A stretch of 64,000 nucleotides of DNA, from assembly GCA_903834625.1 (NCBI GenBank), contig CAILJQ010000188.1, positions 1,936 to 65,935 on the forward strand. The letters are read 5' to 3'. The notes under the pieces are model-generated. The model saw only the letters and a list, made by a program, of their open reading frames with translations, searched no databases and was not told where the DNA came from. Source of the stretch: an uncultured Bacteroidota bacterium. Lineage in GTDB: Bacteria; Bacteroidota; Bacteroidia; UKL13-3. How positions within the stretch are numbered: the stretch's first letter is position 1; each line of letters starts with the position of its first letter. Of the stretch, positions 28,292 to 37,340 are shown in pieces. The position numbers were made by a program, and so were the translations under genes.

Positions 28292-29563
28292 ATGTTAACG
28301 CTGCAATATTTAAGAGATAACACCCAAGAGGCCAAAGATAGACTTGCTAAAAAACACCCTAAACACGCAGATGCTGTTGATGCTGTATTGAAATTGGATG
28401 AAGAGGGTAGAAAGGCTAAATCTGAAATGGAGAAAAACCAATCTGAGGCAAATGGTTTGGCTAAAAAGATTGGAGAGTTAATGAAATCTGGAGATAGGGA
28501 AGGGGCCGAGCAATTGAAAGCCCAAACGGCCTTATTAAAAGAAAGTGGTAAAGGACTAGAAGAACGCTCAAAACAATTAGAGCAAGAGCTTTATGATATA
28601 TTGGTTACCCTACCTAATATGCCGCATGATTCAGTTCCGGTAGGACAAACACCTGAGGAAAATATTACAGTGTTTCAACATGGCGAAATACCTGCACTGC
28701 ATGATGGTGCTGTACCACATTGGGATTTGATTAAAAAATACGACCTTATTGATTTTGAATTGGGGTCAAAAATTACAGGCGCTGGTTTTCCTGTATATAA
28801 AGGCAAAGGCGCTCGCCTGCAAAGAGCCATGATTAATTTCTTTTTAGATGAAGCTATTAAAGCCGGATACCAAGAAGTAATGCCTCCTTTGATGGTGAAT
28901 GCAGATAGTGGTTTTGGTACCGGACAATTGCCAGATAAAGAGGGGCAGATGTATCATGTAACGGTAGACGATTTGTATTTAATCCCTACCGCCGAAGTGC
29001 CTATTACAAATATTTATCGTGATGTGATTTTAAAGGAAGAAGATTTACCCCTAAAAAATGTAGGCTATACGCCATGCTTTAGAAGAGAAGCAGGAGCTTG
29101 GGGAGCACATGTAAGAGGTTTGAACCGATTGCATCAATTTGATAAAGTTGAGATAGTTCAAATTGCGCACCCAGACCAGTCATATGCCATCTTAGATGAA
29201 ATGGTTATTCATGTGAAAGGATTGTTAGAGAAATTAGAATTGCCTTACAGAATCTTGCATTTATGCGGAGGTGATATGAGCTTCTCTTCTGCCTTAACCT
29301 ATGATTTTGAAACATACAGCGCGGCCCAAGGAAGATGGTTAGAAGTAAGTTCTACTTCTAATTTCGAAAATTTCCAGGCCAACCGATTGAAGTGTAGGTT
29401 CAAGAATAAAGAAGGAAAAAACCAATTGGTGCATACTTTAAATGGTTCAGCCTTGGCCTTACCACGCATTTTAGCAACCATGCTAGAGAATAATCAAACA
29501 GCAGATGGCATTCGCATTCCTAAAGCTTTGGTCCCTTACTGTGGTTTTGACATGATCCAGTAA
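28292..29563 (+). CDS. serS: Seryl-tRNA synthetase
   Basis: MLTLQYLRDN start at the ATG at 28292 (the track's 28274 is a TTG). Coiled-coil arm. Class II motifs (FRREAGAWG, TLNGSALALPR). Confidence 0.95.
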   Translation: MLTLQYLRDNTQEAKDRLAKKHPKHADAVDAVLKLDEEGRKAKSEMEKNQSEANGLAKKIGELMKSGDREGAEQLKAQTALLKESGKGLEERSKQLEQELYDILVTLPNMPHDSVPVGQTPEENITVFQHGEIPALHDGAVPHWDLIKKYDLIDFELGSKITGAGFPVYKGKGARLQRAMINFFLDEAIKAGYQEVMPPLMVNADSGFGTGQLPDKEGQMYHVTVDDLYLIPTAEVPITNIYRDVILKEEDLPLKNVGYTPCFRREAGAWGAHVRGLNRLHQFDKVEIVQIAHPDQSYAILDEMVIHVKGLLEKLELPYRILHLCGGDMSFSSALTYDFETYSAAQGRWLEVSSTSNFENFQANRLKCRFKNKEGKNQLVHTLNGSALALPRILATMLENNQTADGIRIPKALVPYCGFDMIQ

Positions 29564-29567
29564 TTTA

Positions 29568-29585
29568 TTTGGTTCGAACCGGACC
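29568..29585. repeat. Copy of the GGTTCGAACC word (TTTGGTTCGAACCGGACC) filling the 26-bp gap between convergent serS and lspA
   Basis: Exact palindromic core at 29571-29580. Confidence 0.7.
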
Positions 29586-29589
29586 TTAA

Positions 29590-30213
29590 TTAATTTGCCT
29601 CTTCTTGGGCCTCTTGTTCTGCAGGAGGCGCTTCATGTAGTTGCTGGTTTTCGGCTTCTGTAACCGATTTTTGCAAAAGTAAAATGATAACAAAGCCAAT
29701 ACTAATTGCTGCATCGGCTATATTAAAAACAGGTCTGAAAAATTCGAATTCTTCACCTGCCCAAAAAGGCCAGCTTTCTGGTATGGTAGTTTGAATGATG
29801 GGGAAATACAACATATCTACTACTCTGCCATGAAACCAACTGTCGTAACCGAAGTAAACGCCGTAAAATACACTATCTACGATATTTCCTAGAGCGCCTG
29901 CAACAATAAGGATCCATCCATATATGTACCACGATTTCGTTTGTTTGTCGATAAGGGTTTTGATATAATATCCAATCACACCCACAAAAATGATACGGAA
30001 AACGGTAAGGAAGATTTTGCCCGTTTTTCCGCCAAACTCTAATCCAAAAGCCATTCCATAATTTTCTGTGAAATGTAATTTGAACCATTCACCTGCCACC
30101 GAAATTTCTTCGCCTAGGTAAAAATGGTTTTTGATATAAAATTTCACATATTGATCTATGGCCAAAACCACAAACAGAAGGGTGAAAGGAATGGAATAAT
30201 TTTTTAGGTTCAT
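29590..30213 (-). CDS. lspA: Lipoprotein signal peptidase (signal peptidase II)
   Basis: Four TM helices, conserved GALGNIVDS and FNIADAAISIG motifs, and an acidic C-terminal tail. Confidence 0.9.
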   Translation of the reverse strand: MNLKNYSIPFTLLFVVLAIDQYVKFYIKNHFYLGEEISVAGEWFKLHFTENYGMAFGLEFGGKTGKIFLTVFRIIFVGVIGYYIKTLIDKQTKSWYIYGWILIVAGALGNIVDSVFYGVYFGYDSWFHGRVVDMLYFPIIQTTIPESWPFWAGEEFEFFRPVFNIADAAISIGFVIILLLQKSVTEAENQQLHEAPPAEQEAQEEAN

Positions 30214-30355
30214 CTACATTTCAAATCTTGAAGCAAAAGTATAAAATACTGAAGGCTTACCAAGCATTTTTGGTTGAAGGCCTTTAGTTTGGATATAAAA
30301 GGAATAAAAAAGCCCTCTTGATAATCAAGAAGGCTTTTAAAAATAGGTTATTCGC

Positions 30356-31609
30356 TTATTTGTATTGTTGCAATTTAGCTTCCATACTCAAAGTAGTATG
30401 TGGCACTGCACGCAAACGTTCTTTTGAAATAAGTTTACCAGTAACCTTACAAATACCATACGTTTTGTTCTCAACGCGAATAAGGGCATTCTCTAGGTTT
30501 TCTATAAACTTACGTTGACGGGCAGCTAACTGGCTCAAGTATTCCTTCTCAGAAGTAGAAGCACCATCATCTAATTTGTTGTATGAGTTATCTGTATCTG
30601 CACCACCATTAATTCCTGGGTTTTGCATTTGCTCTAGAAGATTGTTTAACTCTTCTTTGGCAACAGATAATTTTTTATTGATTAACTCTTTAAATTCAGC
30701 TAAATCGGCATCGCTGTATCTTTTGGTTTCTGCAGTTGCTGCCATTGAATCATCTGGCTTTTCTTCAAAAACAGGAGTTTTGCTCACTACTGGTTTCAAA
30801 GGTTTTGGTGGTGTAGAAGGCTTTTTAGGAGCAACAACTACAATCTTCTTTGCCACAGGAGCCTTTTGAACCACTGGCTTTACAACAACCTTTACAACAG
30901 GTTTAGCAACTGGCTTAACAACAGGTTTAACAACTGGCTTAACAGCTATTGGCTTTTTCGCAATAGGTTTAGCAACCACTGCCACTTTTTTTGATACTAC
31001 CTTTTTAGCAGGTGATTTTTTAGCTACAGGTTTTGCGGGTGTAGCTTTTTTAGCCACTACTTTTTTAACTGCAACTGTTTTCTTCGCTACAGGCTTTTTC
31101 GCAACTGGTTTTTTTGCAATTGGCTTCTTAGCTACAGGTTTCTTCGCTACAGGCTTTTTCGCTACAGGCTTTTTCGCAACTGTTTTTTTTGCAATTGGCT
31201 TCTTAGCTACAGGTTTCTTAGCTACAGGCTTTTTCGCAACTGGTTTCTTCGCAACAGGCTTCTTAGCAACAGGCTTTTTCGCAACAGGCTTTTTCGCTAC
31301 TGGTTTTTTTGCAACAGGCTTCTTAGCAACAGGCTTCTTAGTAACAGGCTTTTTCGCCACAGGCTTCTTAGCCACAGGCTTCTTGGCCACAGGCTTTTTA
31401 GCCACAGGCTTTTTAGCTATTGCTTTTTTCGCTACAGGTTTCTTAGCCACCGGCTTGGCTGCCACAGCTTTTTTAACAATTTTCTTTGGTGCTGCTTTTT
31501 TAGCAATAGGCTTTTTAGGAGCTACTTTGGCAGCTTTTTTAGGTGCAGTTTTTTTTACTGCTTTTTTAGGAGCAGATTTCACTGCGCTTTTGGTAATTTT
31601 CTTCGCCAT
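30356..31609 (-). CDS. DksA/TraR-family protein fused to a 288-aa Lys/Ala/Pro-rich histone-H1-like N-terminal extension
   Basis: The C-terminal 129 aa (from internal Met at 30745) contain YGICKVTGKLISKERLRAVPHTTLSMEAK, typical of the Bacteroidota TraR/DksA protein found between ileS and lspA. The upstream 288 codons are a stop-free run of KKPVA-type pentapeptides. Confidence 0.7.
   Translation of the reverse strand: MAKKITKSAVKSAPKKAVKKTAPKKAAKVAPKKPIAKKAAPKKIVKKAVAAKPVAKKPVAKKAIAKKPVAKKPVAKKPVAKKPVAKKPVTKKPVAKKPVAKKPVAKKPVAKKPVAKKPVAKKPVAKKPVAKKPVAKKPIAKKTVAKKPVAKKPVAKKPVAKKPIAKKPVAKKPVAKKTVAVKKVVAKKATPAKPVAKKSPAKKVVSKKVAVVAKPIAKKPIAVKPVVKPVVKPVAKPVVKVVVKPVVQKAPVAKKIVVVAPKKPSTPPKPLKPVVSKTPVFEEKPDDSMAATAETKRYSDADLAEFKELINKKLSVAKEELNNLLEQMQNPGINGGADTDNSYNKLDDGASTSEKEYLSQLAARQRKFIENLENALIRVENKTYGICKVTGKLISKERLRAVPHTTLSMEAKLQQYK
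31070..31470. repeat. Tandem 15-bp repeat array (unit about GCTACAGGCTTTTTC on the + strand, which is AKKPV on the coding strand)
   Basis: At least 25 consecutive near-identical 15-bp units are visible. More degenerate units extend to about 30890 and about 31560. Confidence 0.85.
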
Positions 31610-31616
31610 GGTCTAA

Positions 31617-34600
31617 TTAAACTTTATCAATTTTAACCTTTAATGATTTTTCGTCGACCAAAATCTCCGTGCCATCACCAAGGGTGTTTTCGAGCCTGAT
31701 TTCAGTCGCTAAAATTTCGCTGCAAATATAGGTTTTGAATTGATTTATAGCACTTTTTATATATGAATCGTCCACAATTTTTACACTTATTTTATCGGTA
31801 ACATCCAAATTCAGCTCCTTTCTTAGGGCTTGTAGTTTGCTAATAAGCTCGCGGGCAATGCCTTCTTCCCTTAGAGAATCGCTAATGTTCACATCTAATG
31901 CTACCGTTATTTTGCCTTCATTGGCCACCTTATAACCTGGAATTTCCTTCGATAAAATTTCCACATCGCTTATCAAAATTTCGATGATTTCGCCTTCAAT
32001 TTCTATGCGAATGGCGCCTTCCATTTCTAATTTTGAGATACTTTCCTGGGTCATTTGGCCTATTTGGTCGGCAACCTGTTTCATTTTGGCTCCAACTTTT
32101 TTGCCCAAAGTTTTGAAATTAGGCTTGATACTTTTATCAATTGCCTCTATAAATTCCAATTCTTTTACATTCACTTCGGCCAATATTAAATCCTTCACAT
32201 GTGTAATTTCGTCCTTCATTCGTTGGTCGAGTACAGGCAATAGAATTTTTTGTAATGGCTGTCTCACCTTAATGTTTTCTCTTTTTCTTAAAGATAGCAC
32301 CAAAGAACTAATGCGTTGGGCATACTCCATTTGCTCTTCCAATTCGGCATTAATCCACTCGGTTTGAACCAATGGGAAATCACTTAAATGTACAGATGCA
32401 GCGGTTAACCTATTGCTCACTGAGTTTAGGTCGCGGAACAACTGGTCGGAGAAAAATGGCGCAAACGGACTCATTAACCTTGATACCGTCTCGAGGCAAG
32501 TATAAAGCGTTTGGTAAGCAGAAATCTTGTCGGTACTGTATTCACCTTTCCAAAATCTTCTTCTACATAAACGAACATACCAATTACTCAAATTCTCGCC
32601 CACAAAGTCTTGTATAGCTCTGGTAGCAGGAGTTGGATCGTAATCATCCATATGCTTTTGAACCTTTATTACCAGGGTGTTGAGCAAACTAAGCACCCAC
32701 CTATCAATTTCAGGTCTTTGTGCCAAAGGTATTTCAGGCTCACCATAAGTAAATCCGTCGATATTGGCGTAAAGGGCAAAGAAGCCGTATGTGTTGTATA
32801 AGGTTCCAAAAAACTTGCGCTGACATTCGGCCACCCCTTCTAAGTCAAACTTGAGATTATCCCAAGGGTCGCTGTTGTTCAATAAATACCAGCGTGTTGC
32901 ATCAGCGCCATATTGGTCGATGGTTTGAAAAGGATCAACCACGTTTCCTAAACGCTTACTCATTTTATTGCCATGTTTATCTAAAACCAACCCATTGGCA
33001 ATAACATTTTTGTAGCTAATGCTATCAAACAACAAAACAGATAAGGCATGCAGGGTAAAGAACCAACCACGGGTTTGGTCTACCCCTTCAGCAATAAAAT
33101 CTGCTGGGAAATTATTTCTGAAAACTTCTTCATTTTCAAAAGGCCAATGCCATTGGGCATAAGGCATTGCACCAGAATCGAACCAAACATCAATCAAATC
33201 AGCTTCACGCCTCATTTTTTCGCCCTTGCTTGATACCAAAATTACCTGGTCTACATAGGGTTTATGCAAGTCTTTTACCTCAAATGTGCTTTCCATAAAG
33301 CCAGCGGCAACTGCTTCTTTAATGCGGGTTTGTAACTCTTCCATTGAGCCAATACAAACTTCTTCACTGCCATCTTCGGTTCGCCAAATAGGTAATGGCG
33401 TGCCCCAATAGCGTGATCTGCTTAGGTTCCAATCAACCAAGTTTTCTAACCAATTGCCAAACCTTCCAGTTCCTGTATGTTCTGGCTTCCAATTGATGGT
33501 TTTGTTGAGTTCAACTAATCTGTCTTTAACAGCAGTGGTTTTAATGAACCAGCTTTCAAGTGGGTAGTATAAAATAGGTTTATCTGTTCTCCAACAATGA
33601 GGATAAGTATGTTCGTATTTCTCGATTTTAAAGGCCTTGTTCTCTATTTTTAGTTTTAGAGAAATAAGCTCATCTACACTTAAATATTTTTCAAGTTTAG
33701 GAATAATACTAGAAAGGCGTTCTTTTTGGATGCTTAACTCAATGGCTTTTTCCTCATCACTTAAATAGGCTTCTTTCACAAATCTGCCATTAAGTGGGAA
33801 AATTGGATCTAAAACGCTTTCCAAAAATTTACCACGTTTGTCAACCAAGGTAAGTGATCCCATTCCATTTTGTTTTCCAACCCTAAAGTCGTCGGCACCA
33901 AAACTAGGGGCTATATGTACAATCCCTGTACCGTCTGAAGTGGTAACAAAATCGCCAATAATCACTTTAAAGGCATCGCCATTATCTGGTTGAACATACG
34001 GTAGCAATTGCTTGTACCTTATGCCGGCCAAATCTTTTCCCAATATTTCTTTGATTACTTTAAAAGGGATTTGTTTATCGCCCGCCTTATAAGCGGCCAT
34101 GTCTAATCCTTCATTGGCAGCTGGAAAATACTTTCCTAGTAGATCTTTAGCTAACACCACATTTACAGGTAAGTGGGTATAGGCGTTAAAGGTCTGAACC
34201 AATACATAGGTAATTTTTTCACCAACTGCTAAGGCTGTATTTGAAGGCAGGGTCCAAGGAGTGGTTGTCCAAGCCAGGAAAAAGGCTTGATCCAATGAAG
34301 CATCAATATCTTTGGCATTTTCAATTTCAAACTGCGCAACAACGGTATTGTCTTTTACGTCCTTATAGGTTCCTGGTTGGTTAAGCTCGTGACTGCTTAG
34401 GCCAGTGCCTGCGGCAGGAGAGTATGGTTGAATGGTATAACCTTTATACAAATATCCCTTTTCATACAATTTCTTGAGCAAGTTCCAAAGGCTTTCAATA
34501 TAGTTGTTCTCGTAAGTAATATATGGGTCGCTAAGGTCTACCCAATACCCCATGCGGTTGGTTAATTTATCCCAAACGTCGGTGTATTTCATTACATCTT

Positions 34601-34967
34601 TTCTACAGGCTTCATTGTATTCTGCTACGGTAATTTTTTTACCAATATCTTCTTTGGTAATGCCCATGGCCTTTTCAACCTGAAGCTCAACCGGCAAACC
34701 GTGTGTATCCCAACCTGCTTTACGTTTTACTTGAAAGCCTTTTAGGGTATTGTATCTGCAAAAAATATCTTTAACAGCTCTAGCCATTACGTGGTGAATT
34801 CCTGGCATGCCATTCGCGCTGGGCGGACCTTCATAAAACACATAAGATGGCGCGCCTTCGCGGGCACTCACACTTTTTTCAAAAACCTGTTCCTGTTTCC
34901 AAAACGCCAAAACTTCCTCTTCAAATGCAGGAAAATCTAGTTTTTTATATTCTTTGTACTTACTCAT
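31617..34967 (-). CDS. ileS: Isoleucyl-tRNA synthetase (long, type-2 form)
   Basis: PSANGMPGIHHVMAR (HIGH region), KMSKRLGN (KMSKS), 1116 aa. Confidence 0.97.
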   Translation of the reverse strand: MSKYKEYKKLDFPAFEEEVLAFWKQEQVFEKSVSAREGAPSYVFYEGPPSANGMPGIHHVMARAVKDIFCRYNTLKGFQVKRKAGWDTHGLPVELQVEKAMGITKEDIGKKITVAEYNEACRKDVMKYTDVWDKLTNRMGYWVDLSDPYITYENNYIESLWNLLKKLYEKGYLYKGYTIQPYSPAAGTGLSSHELNQPGTYKDVKDNTVVAQFEIENAKDIDASLDQAFFLAWTTTPWTLPSNTALAVGEKITYVLVQTFNAYTHLPVNVVLAKDLLGKYFPAANEGLDMAAYKAGDKQIPFKVIKEILGKDLAGIRYKQLLPYVQPDNGDAFKVIIGDFVTTSDGTGIVHIAPSFGADDFRVGKQNGMGSLTLVDKRGKFLESVLDPIFPLNGRFVKEAYLSDEEKAIELSIQKERLSSIIPKLEKYLSVDELISLKLKIENKAFKIEKYEHTYPHCWRTDKPILYYPLESWFIKTTAVKDRLVELNKTINWKPEHTGTGRFGNWLENLVDWNLSRSRYWGTPLPIWRTEDGSEEVCIGSMEELQTRIKEAVAAGFMESTFEVKDLHKPYVDQVILVSSKGEKMRREADLIDVWFDSGAMPYAQWHWPFENEEVFRNNFPADFIAEGVDQTRGWFFTLHALSVLLFDSISYKNVIANGLVLDKHGNKMSKRLGNVVDPFQTIDQYGADATRWYLLNNSDPWDNLKFDLEGVAECQRKFFGTLYNTYGFFALYANIDGFTYGEPEIPLAQRPEIDRWVLSLLNTLVIKVQKHMDDYDPTPATRAIQDFVGENLSNWYVRLCRRRFWKGEYSTDKISAYQTLYTCLETVSRLMSPFAPFFSDQLFRDLNSVSNRLTAASVHLSDFPLVQTEWINAELEEQMEYAQRISSLVLSLRKRENIKVRQPLQKILLPVLDQRMKDEITHVKDLILAEVNVKELEFIEAIDKSIKPNFKTLGKKVGAKMKQVADQIGQMTQESISKLEMEGAIRIEIEGEIIEILISDVEILSKEIPGYKVANEGKITVALDVNISDSLREEGIARELISKLQALRKELNLDVTDKISVKIVDDSYIKSAINQFKTYICSEILATEIRLENTLGDGTEILVDEKSLKVKIDKV

Positions 34968-34991
34968 TTCGCTTGATTATTAGTTGTTTTT

Positions 34992-35144
34992 CGGTCTGAA
35001 CCTAAAAAAATCAAAAGTGTGCAAAAATAGCATTTGAAGCTGAGAATTGAAAGGAACTGTGGCTTTTGGAGATATTAATAAAAAAGGGGGTGTGAATACG
35101 CCTAGATTCAGACCTAAGTGAACTATTTTTTTTGGTTCAGACCG
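34992..35144. repeat. About 153-bp segment bounded by inverted copies of the GGTTCAGACC word plus an A/T run (MITE-like or paired-signal structure)
   Basis: CGGTCTGAACCTAAAAAAA (34992-35010) versus the reverse complement of TTTTTTTTGGTTCAGACCG (35126-35144), with one mismatch. A third degenerate copy, GATTCAGACC, sits at 35105. Confidence 0.5.
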
Positions 35145-35217
35145 TTTTTTATAATTATTTATGCACGTTGACTAAATAAACTACAAGACCCATTAAGCCA
35201 TTAATATTTTAACTTTT

Positions 35218-36171
35218 ATGAGAAAATATCTCTTATTCATCCTTGTTGTACTTTTGAGTTTGAAAGTAAGCATTGCTCAAAAGGTAATAAATAACCAGCT
35301 AAGTGCCCGGCATCAAAAGGTTGCTGGCACTAATCTATTTATGATTGTGCCAGACGGATTTATTCCTTCAAATAGTTTTCAAGGATTTCAACAAAATAGC
35401 AGTGGTTCATCTCTGGTGGTTGCAGAGTTGCCAGGAACTTTTGGTGATTTTTTGGCTGGATTTACTCCTGAGGCTTTAAAGACCAAAGGCGTTTTAATGA
35501 ATAAAAAAGAAATGCTTACCATAAATGGTAAAAAAGGGGTTTTGTATACCACTTTGCAACATGCAAATTCTACCGATTATACTAAATATATTTTGTTACT
35601 AGCCAACGGAAAAACCACCTTTATGGTAAATGGAATTTTTCCCAAACTATTGGTTCAGTTAGACAGGCCCATGCGTGAAGCTATTTTATCTATTGTTCAC
35701 CATAAAGGTAAGGCACTTGACCCATTAGAAGGAATATCTTTTGAAATAAATGTTCAGGAAACCAAATTGAAGCTCGCTCAAAATTTAACGGGTAGTTTAT
35801 TATATACTGTTGATGGAAAAGCGCCCACATTGAGTGAGGATAAAACAACCTTTATTGTGAGCTTAGGAACCACTCCCTTACCAGAAAATATGAGTGAAAA
35901 GGAAGCTGCAATGAATAGGTTAAACAAATTACCTTATACCAATTTAAGTGTAGATGAAACTGCCTCTGGGGAGGTTATTGTTGATGGAATGAAGGGTTAT
36001 GAGATTGTAGCCTATGGCCCATTAAAGGATGGAATGGTAAGTGGGGTGGTGTACCAAATGATGTTGTTTAATGTACAAGGATATTGTTTACTAATTGGTA
36101 CCTCAACCACTGAATTGAAGGAGAATATAAGTTTGTTTAAAAAGGTTGCCAAAACTTTTAAACGGAAATAA
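35218..36171 (+). CDS. Secreted hypothetical protein (317 aa)
   Basis: Signal peptide LLFILVVLLSLKVSIAQ. No recognised motif. Confidence 0.5.
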   Translation: MRKYLLFILVVLLSLKVSIAQKVINNQLSARHQKVAGTNLFMIVPDGFIPSNSFQGFQQNSSGSSLVVAELPGTFGDFLAGFTPEALKTKGVLMNKKEMLTINGKKGVLYTTLQHANSTDYTKYILLLANGKTTFMVNGIFPKLLVQLDRPMREAILSIVHHKGKALDPLEGISFEINVQETKLKLAQNLTGSLLYTVDGKAPTLSEDKTTFIVSLGTTPLPENMSEKEAAMNRLNKLPYTNLSVDETASGEVIVDGMKGYEIVAYGPLKDGMVSGVVYQMMLFNVQGYCLLIGTSTTELKENISLFKKVAKTFKRK

Positions 36172-36224
36172 GTTTCTATAATCATATTGATTTTTCAAAG
36201 TTTTAATCATTACTTTTTATTGTC

Positions 36225-36587
36225 ATGAGAAATTCAACGTCTACAGATGAACGTATTGCTAAAATGAGTTTTGCTACCGTGTATCCACTTTATATTACCA
36301 AGGTTGAAAAAAAAGGAAGAACGAAACAGGAGTTAGATGAAGTAATTAGATGGCTTACTGGATATAGTCAGGAAGCTTTAGAGGAGGCAATTACCCTGAA
36401 AGATAATTTCGAAACTTTTTTTGGAAAGGCCAATTTACATGCAAATGCACACCTAATTACAGGGTTGATTTGCGGTTATAGGGTGGAGGAAATTGAGAAT
36501 AAACTTACCCAACAAGTAAGGTATTTAGATAAATTGGTAGATGAATTGGCAAAAGGGAAAAAGCTTGAAAAAATTTTGCGTGTTTAA
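36225..36587 (+). CDS. DUF2200-family protein
   Basis: KMSFATVYPLYITKVEKKGRTKQELDEVIRWLTGY matches the conserved DUF2200 N-terminus as I remember it. Confidence 0.6.
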   Translation: MRNSTSTDERIAKMSFATVYPLYITKVEKKGRTKQELDEVIRWLTGYSQEALEEAITLKDNFETFFGKANLHANAHLITGLICGYRVEEIENKLTQQVRYLDKLVDELAKGKKLEKILRV

Positions 36588-36752
36588 TGCCAACTTTTTA
36601 ATTCTATTACCACTTATGGGAAATTAAAAATATTTTTAAGTTGGCATTACAAGAAGCTGGGATAGATTTTTGGACCGAGGATTGAAAATAGAAAGAGTCA
36701 TTCTTTCACTTTTAAGTTATTTGTTTAACTTGCCTATTCAATCATTTTATTC

Positions 36753-37322
36753 ATGAAGCGTATGCGTAAGTTTCTTTTTCTAGTTATGTTGGTAGCCACC
36801 TTAACAGCCTCTACAAGCCCTATTACTCCCCATACATTTAACTTGCTTTCTGTTTCTCATGATGATTGGAAAACGCATACTGATAAGGGGTTTCAAATAC
36901 AATATCCATCGGAATGGGAGTTGTCTTTAGCTAAACAAATGGGGTCGAGTTTTATCTTGTTTTCCCCACTTGTAAACAAGGAGGATTTATTCAGAGAGAA
37001 TGTTAATCTTATCATTCAAGATATAAAAGGAATGAATATTGGTTTAGAAAAATATGCTCAAATTTCGGAGAGCCAAATCAAATCAATGATGACCAATTCG
37101 CAGATTTTGGAAAGTAAACTGATGGAAAAAAATGGACGTCGATTTTACCATCTTGTATATACTGCAGATATGGGAGTTTACCATTTAAAGTTTTTGCAAA
37201 ATTATTTTATTCAAAATGAAAAGGCTTATGTATTAACTTTTACGGCAGATCAGAAAACCTATGATGAATATGTAAAAGTAGGAGGTGAAATATTGAATAG
37301 TTTTTTTTTACTTAATAAGTAG
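36753..37322 (+). CDS. Secreted hypothetical protein, possibly PsbP/DcrB-like fold
   Basis: Signal peptide. GFQIQYPSEWEL ... YVLTFTADQKTYDEY ... ILNSF pattern. This is a weak inference. Confidence 0.4.
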   Translation: MKRMRKFLFLVMLVATLTASTSPITPHTFNLLSVSHDDWKTHTDKGFQIQYPSEWELSLAKQMGSSFILFSPLVNKEDLFRENVNLIIQDIKGMNIGLEKYAQISESQIKSMMTNSQILESKLMEKNGRRFYHLVYTADMGVYHLKFLQNYFIQNEKAYVLTFTADQKTYDEYVKVGGEILNSFFLLNK

Positions 37323-37340
37323 GCGGTCATTTTTTGTTTT

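Noticed and set aside
29571-29580. GGTTCGAACC resembles a tRNA T-arm (GGTTCGAATCC), which suggested hidden tRNA genes or tRNA-derived repeats
   Set aside because: None of the copies has flanking sequence able to form acceptor, D or anticodon arms. Many copies lie inside well-supported protein genes.
31070-31470. The regular short tandem repeats could be mistaken for a CRISPR array
   Set aside because: The units are 15 bp, contiguous without spacers, and in frame within a 417-codon ORF. This is a coding minisatellite.
30576-31616. Track ORFs 30576-30869 (+) and 31383-31616 (+)
   Set aside because: They are antisense read-throughs of the low-complexity repeat gene (Phe/Leu/Ala/Thr/Gly strings) with no independent support.
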